Below are positions 6,990 to 14,723 of a stretch of DNA of 14,744 bases, piece by piece. The notes beneath the pieces were generated by a model. That model worked only from the letters and a program-made list of their open reading frames with translations, ran no database searches and was not told the origin of the DNA. The stretch is from a bacterium. Lineage in GTDB: Bacteria > Zhuqueibacterota > Zhuqueibacteria > Oceanimicrobiales > Oceanimicrobiaceae. The translations under genes and the position numbers were made by a program. The stretch spans positions 1 to 14,744 of the forward strand of contig JBHHXN010000131.1 of assembly GCA_046757025.1 (NCBI GenBank). The letters run 5' to 3'. Positions within the stretch are counted from its first letter, which is position 1; the number at the start of each line of letters is the position of its first letter.

Positions 6990-8948
6990 ATGATAACGAA
7001 AAAATCCTGCAATGTTTTAGTTTTAATGGTCGGTTTACTGACCTTTATGGTTCAGACAGTTCCTGGTGCGGGTGCGGAAATGAAAACGCTGGACCGGAAT
7101 TTGGAGCCGGTGGTAGTGACCGGTCTGCCGCAGTTCAACGGAGCTAAAATCGGTGAGTTCGATAATGAGCTTTACCTTTATGCCTACCGCAGCAATTTGA
7201 ACAAGTGGGAACAAATTCCATTTCAAATTGACGAGGTGGTGGACGACAACGGTCGTAAAAATTATTTTCTACCGGATGACGGCGCCTGGGACGCCAACGA
7301 TGAGCTGGTGTTTATGGCAAAAGACGCCGGCGACCGCGATCCGGGCTCCTGGATCAGCGACCTCCTATCGCAGGGATTTGTGCGTTACGAAATCAAAGTC
7401 ATCGATCCTACCGCGCCCGGTAAAGTCGGGTGGGTTTATTTGTATCGTTCTACTACCCTGAGTTTGGATTCGAATTTAGCGGATTATGTACGTTACTTTG
7501 CCTCCCAGACAGGAAAAGTCGGGGAAGATACGGTGCTGGCAACCAACTACAAAATCAGCAATTCCAACCGCGGCTTGCCAAACGGGCTGGAGATTTTTCC
7601 GGCTGTGGGTGGCAGCGGGCAAAATTTGTTTGATCGCCTGAAGTTTCGAGCCAAAGTAAAAATCAAAATCGGATTTATTTCATTTACCGTAACCATAAAA
7701 GAAACCAGTATTGTATTTAAAGGCTCAGACACGGTAAATCATATCGATGGCCGAGTTCGTGTAGTCAGAGAAATCGTTTCAACTATTGACGCTGGTGTGA
7801 AAGATATCGATTTCCGGCCGCCACCCACTTTGTTTTATTATCCTTATTCCACAATTATCCATGTCGAGATAGGAAACATTTCAGGGGCTTCAATCAACAG
7901 CGGCCGTTTATCTATCGATTTGAGCGATAACGCCTTAGGCATGCAGTTTATCAGTGCTAACAATCCGGCGCCCGGTTTCACCATTGACGGCGTTTCTGAA
8001 ACGCCTCTGGACGGCATCGACAACGTGCTGCCAGACAGCAACTGGATTTATATAAACGGTGATCCCCAGGGCACCATCATGCATTTTTATCCGCTGTCAA
8101 CTTCCGTGGGTGGCAGTCGAAAACTCTATTATCAAGACACAACCTCAAAAGTTAACGACGACACCGGTGACAACAAATCGTACGGCGATGTTGGAATTGA
8201 AATTGGCAACAACATCAATCCCCCTTTCACCATGAGCTATAAAGGCTATTATTTAGGGAAAACTTTCACGCTTACCGATGCTCAGAATTTGGCCCACTAC
8301 GAAAAAAACCCACTGCAGTTGGAAATTCAAACGCAGGATTTTGGTACGGTACCCGTGGAGCTGGTGACTTTCAACGCCACGGTTGAACAGAGAGATGTAT
8401 GGCTTGTCTGGCTCACCGCCACGGAAACCAACAACTTTGGTTTTGACATCGAACGCAAATCCTTTCACCGCAGCCAATGGCGCACCGTCGATTTTGTGCC
8501 CGGTCACGGCACCACCACCAATCCCGTGCGCTATGAATATCTGGACCGCGGATTAACGCCGGGGGCCTACACCTATCGCCTGAAACAAATTGACACAGAC
8601 GGCTCTTTTGAATATTCACCCGAAGTGATAGTGCAGGTGGCTTTGCCGGAGACTTTTGCCTTGCTGCAGAACTATCCCAATCCATTTAACCCGGCCACCG
8701 AAATTCAATATCAGATTCCGGCGGTGGTTGGAGAAAATTCCGCCTCTGGAAGAACCATACTGCGGATTTACAATCTGCTGGGTAAAGAGGTTAAAAAGCT
8801 TGTGGACGACGCGCAGGAGCCGGGCTTCTACAAAGTACAGTGGGACGGTCAGGACAACCGCGGTCGGCAAATGCCTTCAGGCGTTTACATCTACCGCTTG
8901 CAATCAAATGGCTTTGTGAGTACGAAAAAAATGATCCTGGTTCGATAA
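6990..8948 (+). CDS. Secreted protein, paralog B: same architecture as 4987..6921
   Basis: RBS AAGGAGGGAGGAG and a signal peptide. TVPVELVTF...W.TATETNNFGFDIER...YRLKQIDTDG. C-terminal LQNYPNPFNPATEIQY...IYNLLG...WDGQDNRG...SGVYIYRL...KKMILVR. Collinear with paralog A over its full length. Confidence 0.87.
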   Translation: MITKKSCNVLVLMVGLLTFMVQTVPGAGAEMKTLDRNLEPVVVTGLPQFNGAKIGEFDNELYLYAYRSNLNKWEQIPFQIDEVVDDNGRKNYFLPDDGAWDANDELVFMAKDAGDRDPGSWISDLLSQGFVRYEIKVIDPTAPGKVGWVYLYRSTTLSLDSNLADYVRYFASQTGKVGEDTVLATNYKISNSNRGLPNGLEIFPAVGGSGQNLFDRLKFRAKVKIKIGFISFTVTIKETSIVFKGSDTVNHIDGRVRVVREIVSTIDAGVKDIDFRPPPTLFYYPYSTIIHVEIGNISGASINSGRLSIDLSDNALGMQFISANNPAPGFTIDGVSETPLDGIDNVLPDSNWIYINGDPQGTIMHFYPLSTSVGGSRKLYYQDTTSKVNDDTGDNKSYGDVGIEIGNNINPPFTMSYKGYYLGKTFTLTDAQNLAHYEKNPLQLEIQTQDFGTVPVELVTFNATVEQRDVWLVWLTATETNNFGFDIERKSFHRSQWRTVDFVPGHGTTTNPVRYEYLDRGLTPGAYTYRLKQIDTDGSFEYSPEVIVQVALPETFALLQNYPNPFNPATEIQYQIPAVVGENSASGRTILRIYNLLGKEVKKLVDDAQEPGFYKVQWDGQDNRGRQMPSGVYIYRLQSNGFVSTKKMILVR

Positions 8949-8977
8949 AAATTCACCATGAACATCACAAAAAAACA

Positions 8978-9012
8978 AAAAGCCGTAGTTCCCTGACTAC
9001 GGCTTTTCTTTT
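8978..9012 (+). terminator. Intrinsic, probably bidirectional, terminator after the twin secreted-protein genes
   Basis: Perfect 12-bp inverted repeat AAAAGCCGTAGT (8978-8989) / ACTACGGCTTTT (8996-9007) with a 6-nt loop, then CTTTT. An A-tract lies on the 5' side. Confidence 0.85.
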
Positions 9013-9016
9013 ATCC

Positions 9017-9706
9017 ATGGCGCGATACACTCCCAAAATCACGGACTGGCCTGAAGACGAGCGGCCGCGAGAGCGGCTGATCAAATTCGGCGCGGAGAAA
9101 TTATCGGATGCTGAAATTCTGGCCATTTTGTTGCGGGTGGGAAATCAGGACACCACCGCCATCGACCTGGCACGGCACATTTTAAATGAATTTGGCGGTA
9201 TTCAGGGCATTGACGCGTGCACGGCTACGGAGTTAACAAAAGTGAACGGAGTGGGTTTGGCCAAAGCCGCTCAAATCAAAGCCGCACTGGAGCTCGGCAA
9301 GCGCGTATCCGTGATGGATCTGAAAATTAGAAAAAAAATCGAAAGCAGCGAAGATGTCTTCAAAATGGTGCATCCGCATTTGCGCAATGCCAGCCGGGAG
9401 ATTTTTAAAATCATCCTTTTAACCAGCCGCAACGCCATCATTTTGGAAAAAACCTTGTTTGAAGGCAGCGTCACCGATAGCCTGGTGAGCCCGCGGGAGG
9501 TCATCAAAGAAGCCATCAATCACAATGCGGTTTCCGTAGTATTTGTGCACAATCATCCGTCGGGTAACCCCGAACCGAGTTCTGAAGATAAAAGAATCAC
9601 ACGGCTTTTGAAATCGGCCTGCGAAGTGGTGGGCATCAACGTACTGGATCACGTCATCATCGGCAGCAAAAGCTATTTCAGTTTTGCGGATTCCGGGTGG
9701 CTGTAA
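9017..9706 (+). CDS. radC: RadC family protein (full-length: N-terminal HhH region plus JAB/MPN+ domain)
   Basis: ITDWPEDERPRERL..FGAEKLSDAEILAILLRVG; HhH GVGLAKA; REIF; JAMM motif VHNHPSGNPEPSSED; LDHVIIG; YFSFAD.G. The start is ATG 9017, not 8840. Confidence 0.93.
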   Translation: MARYTPKITDWPEDERPRERLIKFGAEKLSDAEILAILLRVGNQDTTAIDLARHILNEFGGIQGIDACTATELTKVNGVGLAKAAQIKAALELGKRVSVMDLKIRKKIESSEDVFKMVHPHLRNASREIFKIILLTSRNAIILEKTLFEGSVTDSLVSPREVIKEAINHNAVSVVFVHNHPSGNPEPSSEDKRITRLLKSACEVVGINVLDHVIIGSKSYFSFADSGWL

Positions 9707-9806
9707 ACATTTATTTGTGAAATTGAAAATGACATTACCTGATCGGACGGAACAGAAAATAAACACCAAATTACACTGAAGATCACCGCAGTACGTTTTT
9801 TAATCC

Positions 9807-9926
9807 ATGTGGGACCATTGTGAGGAGACAGTTAATTGCATGTTTGAAGACCGCAGACGATTGTGCATCTTGTTGCGGTTTGATTGCGCCAGGACGAGCT
9901 GTCGCAAATCCAGGCATGATTCCTGA
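9807..9926 (+). CDS. Possible small Cys-rich peptide (39 aa), unverified
   Basis: Hand translation gives MWDHCEETVNCMFEDRRRLCILLRFDCARTSCRKSRHDS*. An internal ATG at 9840 has GAGGAG (9822-9827) 12 nt upstream. No homology recognised. Confidence 0.2.
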   Translation: MWDHCEETVNCMFEDRRRLCILLRFDCARTSCRKSRHDS

Positions 9927-10112
9927 GCAATAACAAGAATTTCAAATCGGAATAAAATAGAAATTACCAAAAAATTCATCTTTTAAAATCGAGTAAAACA
10001 AAACTTGAAAATTCAATCATCAAGACCGTTTCGTTCTCGGTTTTTAAATTTTGATAATCGTAAAGCTATTTCTCTCAATCTGTGCCGGCATGACCGGGTA
10101 AGGAGTTAGGAT

Positions 10113-12179
10113 ATGAACCAAGAAACCCAAGAAGTCCCCTACGTACCGTCTCAAACAAATTTAGCCGAGTTTACGCTCAAAGCCATTTTATTAGGCTTGG
10201 TTATGGCGGTCGTTCTCGGAGCGGCCAATGCCTATTTAGGGCTTAAAGCGGGCTTAACCATTTCGGCAACATTTCCTGCAGCAGTGATTGCCGTAGCTGC
10301 TTTTCGCCTGCCGTTTTTTCGCGGCACCGTACTGGAACAAAACATTGCGCGTACCACAGCTTCGGTTGGCGAAGCCTTGGTGGCGGGTGCGATATTCACT
10401 ATTCCCGCTTTCGTCATGGTAGAAATGGATGGTGAAAAGTTGTGGACGCATTTTAATTACTGGGAAACCTCGGCCATTCTTCTGGTGGGAGGCGTTTTAG
10501 GTATTCTGTTTGTGATTTTATTAAGAAAGACATTGGTGGTGGATGCGGGTTTACCGTTCCCGGAAAGCTACGCCTGCTATGAAATCGTGCGCGCCGGACA
10601 GAAAGGCGCCAGCGGCGCGGGATACGTATTTGGCGCCATGGGCGTGGGGGCGCTCATCGAGCTGCTCAAAAACAGCAACGGTCTGGCTATCTTCCGCGAA
10701 AATGTGGAAGTGTTCCTGCAGTTTCCGAAATCGGTCATCCACCATTTCACCAGCTCCCGCGAAGCCATGGGGGATATTGTGCACGGTGGCGGATTGACTT
10801 TCGCCACGCCGCTGGCGTCGCCGGCGCTGATGGGGGTGGGCTATATTATCGGGCCGAAACTGGCGGCCATCAATTTTTGCGGCGGCGTGCTGGCCTGGCT
10901 GGTGTTGATTCCTCTTGCGCTGTTTCTAAATCCGCAACTGCAGCAGCAATTGCTGGTCAACGGTCAACCGGCTGGCTGGAGTGAGCTGACCTATTCCATC
11001 TGGTACAACCAGGTGCGACCGCTGGCGGTGGGCGCCATGCTGGTGGGTTCGCTCTACACTTTGTGGGGTCTGCGGAATTCGATTTTTTCAGCCTTTAGTG
11101 GGGCTTTTAAATCCGCCGGCGATAAAGAAGTGCTCCTGAAAAAGGAAGACCGTTTAGAAAAAGACATCAATTTAAAATGGATTATTTTTTCCACAATTGG
11201 TCTGGTTTTGCCGATGACGCTGGTCTATTACTATTTCAGCGGCAGTCTGGGAGGCGCGCTGATCGCGGCGGCCATCATGACGGTCACCGGTTTTCTGTTC
11301 TCCGGCGTCGGCGGATGGTTGGTGGGTCTGGTAGGCGGTTCCAATCAACCTATTTCGGGTCTGGCGCTGTCCACCTTAATCGTGGCGGCGCTGGTCATGG
11401 TGGCCATCGGCGTGGTGGGACTCAGCGGCGTGGCGGCGGTCCTGGCTGTGGCTGCGGTGGTGTGCTGCGCCACCTCCATGGCCGGCGACATGATTCAGGA
11501 TTTAAAAGTCGGGCATCTTTTAGGCGGCACTCCCTGGAAAATGGAGGTGGCGGAAATCATCAGCACGGTGGTGGTATCCTTTGTTTTGATCTTTCCCATC
11601 ATCATTTTGCACGAAGGCAACATTGCGGCAGGCGGAATCGGTATCGGCGATACCGCACTGCCGGCTCCCCAAGCCGGTCTCATGGCGCAGCTGGCCAAAG
11701 GCATCGTGGGGGGTGAGATGGCCTGGGGTTTGATTCTCATCGGCATGTTTTTCTCGGTGGCGCTGATTCTCATCAAAGCGCCGGCGCCAATGCTGATCGC
11801 CGTGGGCATGTACCTGCCGTTTGAAACCACATTTGCCATTTTCGTGGGCGGTTTGATCAAATTGCTTGCTGATAAAATTGCAGAGAGAAAAAAATACGCC
11901 GATGACCAAAAAATGCGCATGGAAAATATCGGTACCCTGGTGGCTTCTGGATTTATTGCAGGCGAAGCTTTGACGGGAGTACTTTTAGCTGGCCTGGTGT
12001 TGATCGGAGTGCCTTCCCTGACGTTGTTTTTTACCGGGCAGGTGGAATTGGGATTTTTGCAATCCGGCGGCGGCTATCTTTCCATCCTGATTTTTGGTCT
12101 GGTAGCCCTGGCTTTAATTCAAATCCCCCTAAGGGCCATGCAAAAAAATAATAATGGAGTGCCTGTAAAAAATAATTAG
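10113..12179 (+). CDS. Oligopeptide transporter, OPT family (bacterial YSL-like clade)
   Basis: Many hydrophobic helices. Motifs ANAYLGLKAGLTISA, EQNIARTTASVGE, LPFPES, GVGYIIG, GGSNQPISG, DMIQDLKVGHLLGGTPWK, PAPQAGLM, ASGFIAGE. RBS AAGGAG at 10100-10105. Confidence 0.95.
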   Translation: MNQETQEVPYVPSQTNLAEFTLKAILLGLVMAVVLGAANAYLGLKAGLTISATFPAAVIAVAAFRLPFFRGTVLEQNIARTTASVGEALVAGAIFTIPAFVMVEMDGEKLWTHFNYWETSAILLVGGVLGILFVILLRKTLVVDAGLPFPESYACYEIVRAGQKGASGAGYVFGAMGVGALIELLKNSNGLAIFRENVEVFLQFPKSVIHHFTSSREAMGDIVHGGGLTFATPLASPALMGVGYIIGPKLAAINFCGGVLAWLVLIPLALFLNPQLQQQLLVNGQPAGWSELTYSIWYNQVRPLAVGAMLVGSLYTLWGLRNSIFSAFSGAFKSAGDKEVLLKKEDRLEKDINLKWIIFSTIGLVLPMTLVYYYFSGSLGGALIAAAIMTVTGFLFSGVGGWLVGLVGGSNQPISGLALSTLIVAALVMVAIGVVGLSGVAAVLAVAAVVCCATSMAGDMIQDLKVGHLLGGTPWKMEVAEIISTVVVSFVLIFPIIILHEGNIAAGGIGIGDTALPAPQAGLMAQLAKGIVGGEMAWGLILIGMFFSVALILIKAPAPMLIAVGMYLPFETTFAIFVGGLIKLLADKIAERKKYADDQKMRMENIGTLVASGFIAGEALTGVLLAGLVLIGVPSLTLFFTGQVELGFLQSGGGYLSILIFGLVALALIQIPLRAMQKNNNGVPVKNN

Positions 12180-12213
12180 TTGGTTTTTACTGGAAGATTT
12201 CTATTTTTGTTTT

Positions 12214-12927
12214 ATGGAATTGAAATATTTAACCTGGCCGGATATCGAAGAATATTTGCAAAAGGACGACCGAATAATTTTGCCACTAGGGAGCACGGAA
12301 CAGCATGGCCCGCGGGCGGTCTTCGGCACCGATCATCTGATTCCGGAGGCGATTGCAAAGAAAGTGGCCGAAGAAACTCAGACCGTGGTGGCGCCCACCA
12401 TGGCCTATGGGATGTCCATGCATCATCTGGAATTCAATGGCAGCATGTCCTTCAAGGCGTCCACCCTCATGGGAGTATTTCGGGATTTATTGTGGTCGCT
12501 TGCCGAAGGGGGTTTTAAGCGGATTCTTATTCTAAACGGACACGGCGGCAACCGCAGCACCATGGAAGCCATGCTGTCGGAAGTGGGCAACGAGCTTCTG
12601 GACTTAAAAATCAAGTTTCGTAGCTGGTGGGAAACGACTGGCGTGAAAGCCTATCTGGATGAGCATTTTGGCGAACGCGAAGGCCACCACGGCTCACCAA
12701 GCGAAACCTCGCTTGTCATGTATCTGCACCCGGGCGTCGTAAAAGACCGAGAAACGTCCTACCGCAAAATGGTTAGGGGAACGTATTTCACCAACCGCAA
12801 ACAATTCAAGCTGCTTTACCCGGACGGTTTGATGGGGGCGGATCCGGCGTTATCCTCTACTCAACATGGTGAAAAGATTTTCGAACTTTGTGTTCGCGGT
12901 TTTATAAACGAATTTAATGAGTGGTAG
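12214..12927 (+). CDS. Creatininase / creatinine amidohydrolase family metallo-hydrolase
   Basis: LTWPDI, ILPLGSTEQHGP...GTD, YGMSMHH..F.G, NGHGGN, HG...ETS, G.MGADP...HGEKI. Confidence 0.92.
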   Translation: MELKYLTWPDIEEYLQKDDRIILPLGSTEQHGPRAVFGTDHLIPEAIAKKVAEETQTVVAPTMAYGMSMHHLEFNGSMSFKASTLMGVFRDLLWSLAEGGFKRILILNGHGGNRSTMEAMLSEVGNELLDLKIKFRSWWETTGVKAYLDEHFGEREGHHGSPSETSLVMYLHPGVVKDRETSYRKMVRGTYFTNRKQFKLLYPDGLMGADPALSSTQHGEKIFELCVRGFINEFNEW

Positions 12928-12933
12928 TCGCTC

Positions 12934-14694
12934 GTGGCCCCGACAAAAAACACCATAAAGATCCTGCCTGAAAATCTGACCAACAAGATTGCTGCTGGCG
13001 AAGTGGTAGATCGCCCGGCATCGGTGGTGAAAGAGCTGGTGGAAAATTCCATCGACGCCGGTGCCGACGAGATTTCCATCATCATAAAGGACGGCGGCAA
13101 AGCGCTCATTCAGGTAGTGGACAACGGCTGCGGCATGCACGAGTCCGATCTGCTGCTGGCTTTTCAGCGGCACGCTACCAGCAAGATTTTTAATTATGAA
13201 GATTTGAATCGCATTCAAACCATGGGCTTTCGCGGCGAAGCGTTGGCCAGCATCGCCTCGGTTTCACGAGTGGAAGCCAAATCTGTGGAGACGAATCAGA
13301 CTTTCGGTAAGATCGTGTTCATCGACGGCGGCGTGGTTGAAAAAATTGACGGCACTGGCGGCAATTCCGGCACTTCCATTTCAGTCAAGCACCTGTTTTA
13401 CAACACCCCGGCCCGGCGAAAGTTTCTGCGAAAATCGACCACCGAGTACCGCCAGATTTTAAGCGTGGCCAATCGTTTTTTACTGGCTTTCCCGGAGATT
13501 GCTTTCACCATCATCAATGAAGGGGAAATCGTTTTTGATTTAAAAAAGCAGCCGCAGGAGGAACGCATTCAGTCCGTACTCGGAGCACGGGTGCGCAAAA
13601 ATCTCATTCCGATTGAAAACACCGGTCCCATTCGTGTAAGCGGATTTACCGGAAACCAGGACACCGCCCGCAGTTCGCGCGGGGATCAGTATTTGTTTTT
13701 CAATCGGCGCTATTTTACCAACAAAAGTTTGAATTATGCGGTTTATTCGGCTTATACGGACATCATTCCGCGCGGATATCATCCGGTGTACATCGCTTTT
13801 ATTGAAATGGACCCCGAACAGGCTGACGTCAACGTGCATCCCACCAAAATGGAGATTAAATTTGCTAACGATTCTCTGTTGTTCAGCACGCTGCGGGGGG
13901 CAGTGAAACGCGCCCTGTCTTCTCAGCAGGTGGTGATGAATTTGTCGAATCCGCAGGAGTTTCCCGGGCCAGCGTTCACCAAACCGTTTACGCATTCCTC
14001 AGTCTCTACGCACGGTTGCCAGCCTGAAAGCCAGCAAATGTCGGCGTTTGGTCAACCGACTGGCGAGGAGCCCACTGCTGGCGCGTACCCGGAACCACAG
14101 GCGGTCAGTCCAGTAAAAGAGATTTACGAACCCACCAATGTCTGGCAGGTACACAATAAATACATTCTTTCGCAGATCAAAACCGGCCTGATTTTGATCG
14201 ATCAGCATGTGGCGCATGAGCGTATCCTCTATGAAAAAGCGCTGGAAAACATGGATAAAAGAAAACCTTCCTCCCAGCAGCTGCTCTTTCCGCAAATTGT
14301 CGAACTGTCTGCAGAGGATTATGCATTGCTTCTGGAGATGCTACCGTTTATGGAGCAGATCGGTTTTGTCATCAAAGCGTTTGGCAAAAACACCGTGGTG
14401 GTGGAGGGGGTGCCGTCTGGTGTGAAAATCAGCGACGACGAAAAAATATTGCTGGATATTCTGGATGAGTACAAACGTGGCAAAAAAGAGAATTTCGATA
14501 TTCGGGACAACGTGGCGAAGTCGTTTGCCTGTCATTCTGCCATCCGCGCCGGCGACCCGTTGACTTTGGAAGCTATGAACACCCTCATCGATCAGCTTTT
14601 TTCCACCAAGGCGCCCTACTTCTGCCCGCACGGTCGGCCAGTGATCATCAACCTTTCGCTGGATGAGCTGGACCGCCGTTTCCGCCGGCATTAA
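12934..14694 (+). CDS. mutL: DNA mismatch repair endonuclease MutL
   Basis: GTG start. NKIAAGEVVDRPASVVKELVENSIDAGA, DNGCGM, RHATSKI, GFRGEALASI, FYNTPARRKF, DVNVHPTK. C-terminal DQHVAHERILYE, QQLLFP, FACHSAI, CPHGRP. Confidence 0.98.
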   Translation: MAPTKNTIKILPENLTNKIAAGEVVDRPASVVKELVENSIDAGADEISIIIKDGGKALIQVVDNGCGMHESDLLLAFQRHATSKIFNYEDLNRIQTMGFRGEALASIASVSRVEAKSVETNQTFGKIVFIDGGVVEKIDGTGGNSGTSISVKHLFYNTPARRKFLRKSTTEYRQILSVANRFLLAFPEIAFTIINEGEIVFDLKKQPQEERIQSVLGARVRKNLIPIENTGPIRVSGFTGNQDTARSSRGDQYLFFNRRYFTNKSLNYAVYSAYTDIIPRGYHPVYIAFIEMDPEQADVNVHPTKMEIKFANDSLLFSTLRGAVKRALSSQQVVMNLSNPQEFPGPAFTKPFTHSSVSTHGCQPESQQMSAFGQPTGEEPTAGAYPEPQAVSPVKEIYEPTNVWQVHNKYILSQIKTGLILIDQHVAHERILYEKALENMDKRKPSSQQLLFPQIVELSAEDYALLLEMLPFMEQIGFVIKAFGKNTVVVEGVPSGVKISDDEKILLDILDEYKRGKKENFDIRDNVAKSFACHSAIRAGDPLTLEAMNTLIDQLFSTKAPYFCPHGRPVIINLSLDELDRRFRRH

Positions 14695-14723
14695 TTAGTG
14701 ATTGACCGAAAAGTCCATATTTC

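Noticed and set aside
4987..8948. Diversity-generating retroelement or repeat array explaining the twin genes
   Set aside because: No reverse transcriptase and no near-identical template/variable repeat pair differing only at adenines. The similarity is at protein level.
8840..9016. 59-aa N-terminal extension of RadC in the ORF track
   Set aside because: It overlaps paralog B and crosses a terminator. RadC similarity begins at ATG 9017.
9017..9706. radC as a marker of a mobile element or anti-defence island
   Set aside because: It is the full-length chromosomal form with the HhH region. No integrase, transposase, att site or phage gene is nearby.
9729..9779. 16-aa ORF MTLPDRTEQKINTKLH
   Set aside because: No RBS and no distinctive composition. 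Expected by chance.
9707..10112. Known riboswitch (SAM-I, glycine, TPP, cobalamin) or tRNA in the intergenic region
   Set aside because: Only isolated fragments such as ATCAAGA and GGAGA. The required conserved cores and a cloverleaf were not found.
11177..11920. Alternative-frame and antisense ORFs within the OPT gene
   Set aside because: Gly/Arg/His-rich translations typical of off-frame reading of GC-rich hydrophobic coding sequence.
12180..12518. 112-aa ORF overlapping the creatininase gene
   Set aside because: Off-frame overlap with a gene carrying complete family motifs. No evidence of a frameshift.
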